DNA of 64,000 bases from an uncultured Candidatus Saccharibacteria bacterium (lineage in GTDB: Bacteria > Patescibacteriota > Minisyncoccia > Phycocordibacterales > UBA2100): assembly GCA_964594735.1 (NCBI GenBank), contig CAZQMS010000001.1:62523-126522 (forward strand), in the 5' to 3' direction. Positions within the stretch are counted from its first letter, which is position 1; each line of letters begins with the position of its first letter. The position numbers were made by a program, and so were the translations under genes. Positions 60,435 to 64,000 of the stretch are shown piece by piece. The notes below the pieces were generated by a model. That model ran no database searches, was not told where the DNA came from, and was given only the letters and a program-made list of their open reading frames with translations.

Positions 60435-60447
60435 ACTGCCGGTTCAA

Positions 60448-60481
60448 GCAAAAGCGCCCCTCACGGGGCGCTTTTGCTTTG
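60448..60481 (+). terminator. Intrinsic terminator (gcaaaagcgcccc-tcac-ggggcgcttttgc + tttg); palindromic, probably bidirectional for convergent csp and the DUF2200 gene
   Basis: 13-bp stem with U-tract, 13 nt after the csp stop. Confidence 0.7.
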
Positions 60482-60492
60482 TACGAACAGTT

Positions 60493-60858
60493 CTACTTCC
60501 GCAGAATTGTCTCCATCGCTTTCCCTCTCGCAAGTTCGTCTATCAATTTATCCAAATACCGGATTTCCCGCATGAGCGGTTCCTTGATGTCTTCGACGCG
60601 CACGCCACACACGACGCCCGTGATACGGCGCCGCGCAGGATTCTTCTTGGGCGCTTTCGAGAAGAAGGCCTCGATATCCGACTCCTTTTTCAGTTGCGCT
60701 TCTAGACCTTTCGGCGTGTACCCAGTGAGCCAGCGGATGATTTCATCCACCTCCTTTTTTGTCCTACCCTTTCGTTCTGCTTTTGTGATGTAAAGCGGAT
60801 ACACTCGCGCAAAACTCATGCTGTAGATCCGCTGTACATTTCTCCTTTTCGCATCCAT
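60493..60858 (-). CDS. DUF2200 family protein
   Basis: …[38 protein letters not shown]…[41 protein letters not shown] matches DUF2200. Confidence 0.7.
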   Translation of the reverse strand: MDAKRRNVQRIYSMSFARVYPLYITKAERKGRTKKEVDEIIRWLTGYTPKGLEAQLKKESDIEAFFSKAPKKNPARRRITGVVCGVRVEDIKEPLMREIRYLDKLIDELARGKAMETILRK

Positions 60859-60876
60859 ACGAACATTCTAGCAGGT

Positions 60877-60911
60877 ACTAAAAAGTGCAGGCCCCGCCGA
60901 CTGGCGAGGCC
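60877..60911 (-). terminator. Intrinsic terminator on the minus strand after ORF 60941..61324 (ggcctcgcc…ggcggggcc stem + CACTTTTTAG)
   Basis: 9-bp stem (1 mismatch) followed by a U-tract in the minus-strand reading. Confidence 0.5.
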
Positions 60912-60940
60912 TTGAATAGATTTGGGGATTAATTGTTCGG

Positions 60941-61324
60941 CTACGATTTCCGTCCCTTACCCCACCGACTCTCCGATATTGGTATGACCTCTTCGCCGCG
61001 CGCTTCGGCCTGAATGGTATCTAGTGACCGTATGAGCTCCTGCGCAAACGCGAGCACGAACGCGGCCTGGGCGCTCTTTTCATTCAGGCCAATTTTGTCG
61101 CAATATTTTCTCAAGTCTTTTGTGATGTGCGGTATCGAGTCACTACGTACGATTCCAACTCGCTCTACAGCGAACGAATCGGTGATCTCCGGCATAGCGA
61201 GCGCTCTCTTCAGGGCGACTCCGTTGGTTCCCACATTTTGAATGATGCACACAATCTCTACTTTGAGCGGATGCCGCGTTTCCATGCCGAGCACGAAACG
61301 CATCTGGCTTCTGTCATATGGCAT
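60941..61324 (-). CDS. Hypothetical protein (127 aa)
   Basis: ORF bounded by the terminator and a TauE/SafE gene. No family recognised. Confidence 0.45.
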   Translation of the reverse strand: MPYDRSQMRFVLGMETRHPLKVEIVCIIQNVGTNGVALKRALAMPEITDSFAVERVGIVRSDSIPHITKDLRKYCDKIGLNEKSAQAAFVLAFAQELIRSLDTIQAEARGEEVIPISESRWGKGRKS

Positions 61325-61404
61325 GGCCTGCCACCTCCCACGCGGTTATATCACGCTGGGAAGACCTCTGCACGTGACGTCAGCGCGAGTACATCGCGCT
61401 ACGT

Positions 61405-62160
61405 CTAAAAGAACAAAAGCTTAACCCCCGCTGCGACCACCATCACGACGAAGAGCCTCTTGATCCACACCGATCCCTTCACGATGGCCACGTGCGCGCC
61501 CAAATACCCGCCGAGCCCGTTGCCCGCGAGGAGCAGGAGACCTGCCTTGTAGTCGATGAGCCCGTGCATCGCAAACACAATGGTCGACGACACTGCGAGG
61601 ACGAGGTACGGGAGCATCTGCGTCGCCACAGCTTCGACGATCGTGAGTCCGAAACCGATGACGAGCGTGTAGTACTTCAGGGGCCCTGTCCCAGCCGCGA
61701 AAAACCCCGTCACCGTCTCAATGAGGAGGAACAGCGACGCAGCTATTCCTTTCGAAAGCCGTCCCACCTCACGCCGCACCGTGCCGAGTTCTTTTTTGAA
61801 GAGGACGACTGGCAGCAGCGCAAACAAAAGTACGGCCGCCACTTTGCGAAGCGAATCCGCCTCGATAGCAAGCAATATATTGGCGCCGACGAGCGAGCCC
61901 CCGAGGCTCAAGACCGCAAGCAGCGGTACGTATCGCCACACAATACTGCCTTCTCGCCAATACTTGTACGACGAGACAACTCCCATCCCAATGTCACCGA
62001 ATCGCGCAGAAGCGACAGCCACCTGCGGCGCGAGTCCCGTGAACATCAGGTATGGAATCATGATGAGTCCGCCCCCGCCCACGGTAGCGCCCAGAAATCC
62101 GCCGAGTGCGCCCAGTGCAAAGTACGAAACCAGTGTGAGAATTTCCATCGGTACATCCAT
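61405..62160 (-). CDS. TauE/SafE (DUF81) family sulfite-exporter-like membrane protein
   Basis: ~251 aa; two internally repeated 4-TM halves with GxGGG motifs (LGALGGFLGATVGGGGLIMIPYL; TGFFAAGTGPLK). Confidence 0.8.
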   Translation of the reverse strand: MDVPMEILTLVSYFALGALGGFLGATVGGGGLIMIPYLMFTGLAPQVAVASARFGDIGMGVVSSYKYWREGSIVWRYVPLLAVLSLGGSLVGANILLAIEADSLRKVAAVLLFALLPVVLFKKELGTVRREVGRLSKGIAASLFLLIETVTGFFAAGTGPLKYYTLVIGFGLTIVEAVATQMLPYLVLAVSSTIVFAMHGLIDYKAGLLLLAGNGLGGYLGAHVAIVKGSVWIKRLFVVMVVAAGVKLLFF

Positions 62161-62284
62161 TGTATCCCCGTTTGCGAACAAGATTGGTCAAACACTGCGG
62201 CATGTATGCCAGGGTTTCCCAGCCGCGTCAACCCGCAAGACCAGGATGCGATTTCTACTCCTTGGCGAGCTCTACATTCATTTC

Positions 62285-62818
62285 TCAAAAATGGTCAGGG
62301 TTCTCAAGATGCATGAGCGCCATGATGACCGCGCCCTTGTTGTATTCAGTGCGATTCGTTCTGCCCTTCGCAAATACCCCGACAAAGCCTTCGTGCTCGC
62401 CTAGCTTCTCGTGCTGAGTGAGACCCGCCGCTTTCATGGCCTGACTTCCGTCCATGCCATTTTTCAAAATTGCTTCTATAACTTTCTTAGGCCACTCGTA
62501 CGCCTGCGAAAGACCCATGTGAATCTGCGCGCCGTCATAAATCGCACACACGGCCACTTCCATGTATCCGCTTTTCGTTTGAGGCACCGACATGAGCCCG
62601 CTTTCTATTCCAAAGCCGTAGTCGTTGCCAACAAACGCCTGCTTCGCCCTGTCGACAGCTCCGGCCACAGTTTCTTCGAGACTTTTTGGATGACCAAACT
62701 GGTCAATCTGTACATCGACACCGTACACCTCCGCTCCCTCGAACATGGGATAGTCTCGCAATATCTCGGCGACGGCGTTCACCTTTGTTCGATTCTTGGA
62801 ACCAACCCCGACTTTCAT
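62285..62818 (-). CDS. Inosine/xanthosine triphosphatase, YjjX/DUF84 family (non-canonical purine NTPase)
   Basis: 177 aa; MKVGVGSKNRTKVNAVAEIL… N-terminus and …GFGIESGL… are typical of YjjX. Confidence 0.7.
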   Translation of the reverse strand: MKVGVGSKNRTKVNAVAEILRDYPMFEGAEVYGVDVQIDQFGHPKSLEETVAGAVDRAKQAFVGNDYGFGIESGLMSVPQTKSGYMEVAVCAIYDGAQIHMGLSQAYEWPKKVIEAILKNGMDGSQAMKAAGLTQHEKLGEHEGFVGVFAKGRTNRTEYNKGAVIMALMHLENPDHF

Positions 62819-62830
62819 ACCGCGAGTATA

Positions 62831-63079
62831 TCAACGGCTTACGCGCCCCACGAGATTGAGCTTCTTCTCTCGTGCCCATCCCTTTATCTCCGCTTCTCGC
62901 TTTGAGGCCGACGAGCGGTCGGGGTGTTTCTCTGTGTAGAGGACGCGCTTCGCGCCTTTTGCACGAGTGTAGTGGCTCGCCGTGCCATCTTTGTGCCGCG
63001 CAAGGCGTTTCTGCATGTCGGTCGTGATGCCGGTGTAGATTGAACCGTCTGTGCATTCGAGGAGGTAGACGAAATACAT
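62831..63079 (-). CDS. Small GIY-YIG nuclease-family protein (UPF0213/YhbQ-YazA-like)
   Basis: MYFVYLLECTDGSIYTGITTDMQKRLARHKDG…YTEKHPDRSSASKREAEIKGW… (GIY…YIG…R…E core). Start at internal ATG 63079. Confidence 0.7.
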   Translation of the reverse strand: MYFVYLLECTDGSIYTGITTDMQKRLARHKDGTASHYTRAKGAKRVLYTEKHPDRSSASKREAEIKGWAREKKLNLVGRVSR

Positions 63080-63099
63080 ACGCTGCAGCATCTCGGGCT

Positions 63100-63972
63100 T
63101 CACAAGACAAGAGTGGGTATCTCCCCTTCTAAACGCAGAATCACTGCGATATCCTCTGCAGTTCTCTTTTCGGGCCACAGAGCGAGTCGCACCGCGCCAA
63201 TCACGTAGTTGCGGAAAAATATAATGTCACGAAGAATTGCTCGCTCTATCTGCGCGAGCGGACGTACCTTCTCGTACGTCGCAAGATAGTGCCGCATCGC
63301 GTCAACTCCCACATCGCTTAAAACGCTCCAAAGACTGTACCCGAGACAGACCACTGTGGGTGAAAACTGGAGGTCATCGAAATCGATTATTGCCTTTACA
63401 CGCCGTCCATCTGTAATGACGTTTCCATCGAAGTCGACATCCAAATGGTTGTAGCTATGGGGCAAAGAGGTTGGTAGCAAAAAGCGGTACGATGCGACTC
63501 TTTTGATAAAATCTACAACCTCTGCATCGGCAATTGAACCGCACTCAATCTCTGCCGCAAATGAATCGCGCAAATCTACCCACTTCGCGCTGGAAGGCTC
63601 CGCGCCTTTGCCCAATTCTGCACCAAGCATGTGCATCCGTGCATGAATCGTCGCCAAGTCTTCAATGAGTTCATGGCTTGGCTTCTCCGTGACACTGCTC
63701 CCCTCCACGTACTCCATCAGAATAGATTGCCAGCGCTTACCATGTATCTCTGTAACGCCAAGCTTTTTCCCGTCTTTATTCGCAATAATCTGAGGTATCG
63801 GAATACCATGCAATCTCAAGTAATCCTGGAACGATAATTCAAATTGTATCGATTCGTCACTCTTTCTTTCCTGTGAATACACGCGCAGTGCGTACGTCGA
63901 ATCCGCGGTTTGGACGCGAAAGGACGAGTTCTCTATGCCGTTATGAATCGGCTGGAATGCAAACTTGAACAC
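63100..63972 (-). CDS. Phosphotransferase (APH/choline-kinase/homoserine-kinase-II-like) family protein
   Basis: 290 aa; Brenner motif YNHLDVDFDGNVI and IDFDD (DFG-like). Confidence 0.75.
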   Translation of the reverse strand: MFKFAFQPIHNGIENSSFRVQTADSTYALRVYSQERKSDESIQFELSFQDYLRLHGIPIPQIIANKDGKKLGVTEIHGKRWQSILMEYVEGSSVTEKPSHELIEDLATIHARMHMLGAELGKGAEPSSAKWVDLRDSFAAEIECGSIADAEVVDFIKRVASYRFLLPTSLPHSYNHLDVDFDGNVITDGRRVKAIIDFDDLQFSPTVVCLGYSLWSVLSDVGVDAMRHYLATYEKVRPLAQIERAILRDIIFFRNYVIGAVRLALWPEKRTAEDIAVILRLEGEIPTLVL

Positions 63973-64000
63973 TCCGTACTGACTGAGAATCTGCGCGAGC

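Noticed and set aside
60941-63972. A defence island or toxin-antitoxin module in the 60.9-64 kb block
   Set aside because: The genes present (TauE, YjjX NTPase, UPF0213 GIY-YIG, an APH-like kinase, DUF2200) are individually widespread housekeeping-type families. I see no hallmark defence components (restriction/modification domains, Cas, Abi, STAND NTPases, reverse transcriptase). Kept only as a low-interest operon note.

Overview
This is a GC-rich (by eye; not computed), gene-dense bacterial chromosomal segment; I call about 75 protein-coding genes, and almost all read on the minus strand. I found no rRNA, tRNA or CRISPR array. The conserved core is clear housekeeping: uvrC (5'-partial, runs off the window start), carA-carB, uvrA, uvrB-murB, tgt, tyrS, msrA, lysS, pyrB, folB, purF, gdhA, obg and an RsuA-type pseudouridine synthase. 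There is a Zur-like regulator with a ZIP zinc transporter, a MacAB/HlyD-type ABC exporter, an AI-2E transporter, a P2-type cation ATPase inside a cluster of small stress-associated membrane proteins, and a cold-shock protein gene with a near-consensus promoter and intrinsic terminator. The accessory part I would look at first is one minus-strand operon at 30987..37784. It encodes a giant ~1800-aa secreted Fn3/Ig-repeat protein, a small secreted protein with a dockerin-like C-terminus behind a 17-residue poly-Gly linker, a membrane-anchored cohesin-like protein and a CAP/SCP-domain protein. This looks like a cohesin-dockerin surface assembly module outside any cellulolytic context. Other points of interest: (1) a sortase locus with two DUF5666-like secreted paralogs; (2) a solitary IS200/RAYT-like Y1 transposase bracketed by three copies of a 17-bp REP-like palindrome; (3) a shared TTTTGCAAAACACT palindromic operator upstream of two adjacent genes; (4) a 28-bp perfect palindrome over the msrA promoter; (5) an orphan strong terminator closing an unannotated ~450-nt region upstream of uvrB; (6) a recurring leaderless-mRNA promoter architecture with TAnnnT 5-9 nt before the ATG. 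Many long ORFs in the six-frame track are antisense artefacts of the high GC content and were rejected. Lineage cannot be fixed from this window. Sortase, the lmo0937-family peptide, a B. subtilis-type PurF propeptide and Csp suggest a Gram-positive-like or Patescibacteria/Chloroflexi-like organism, but this is low confidence.
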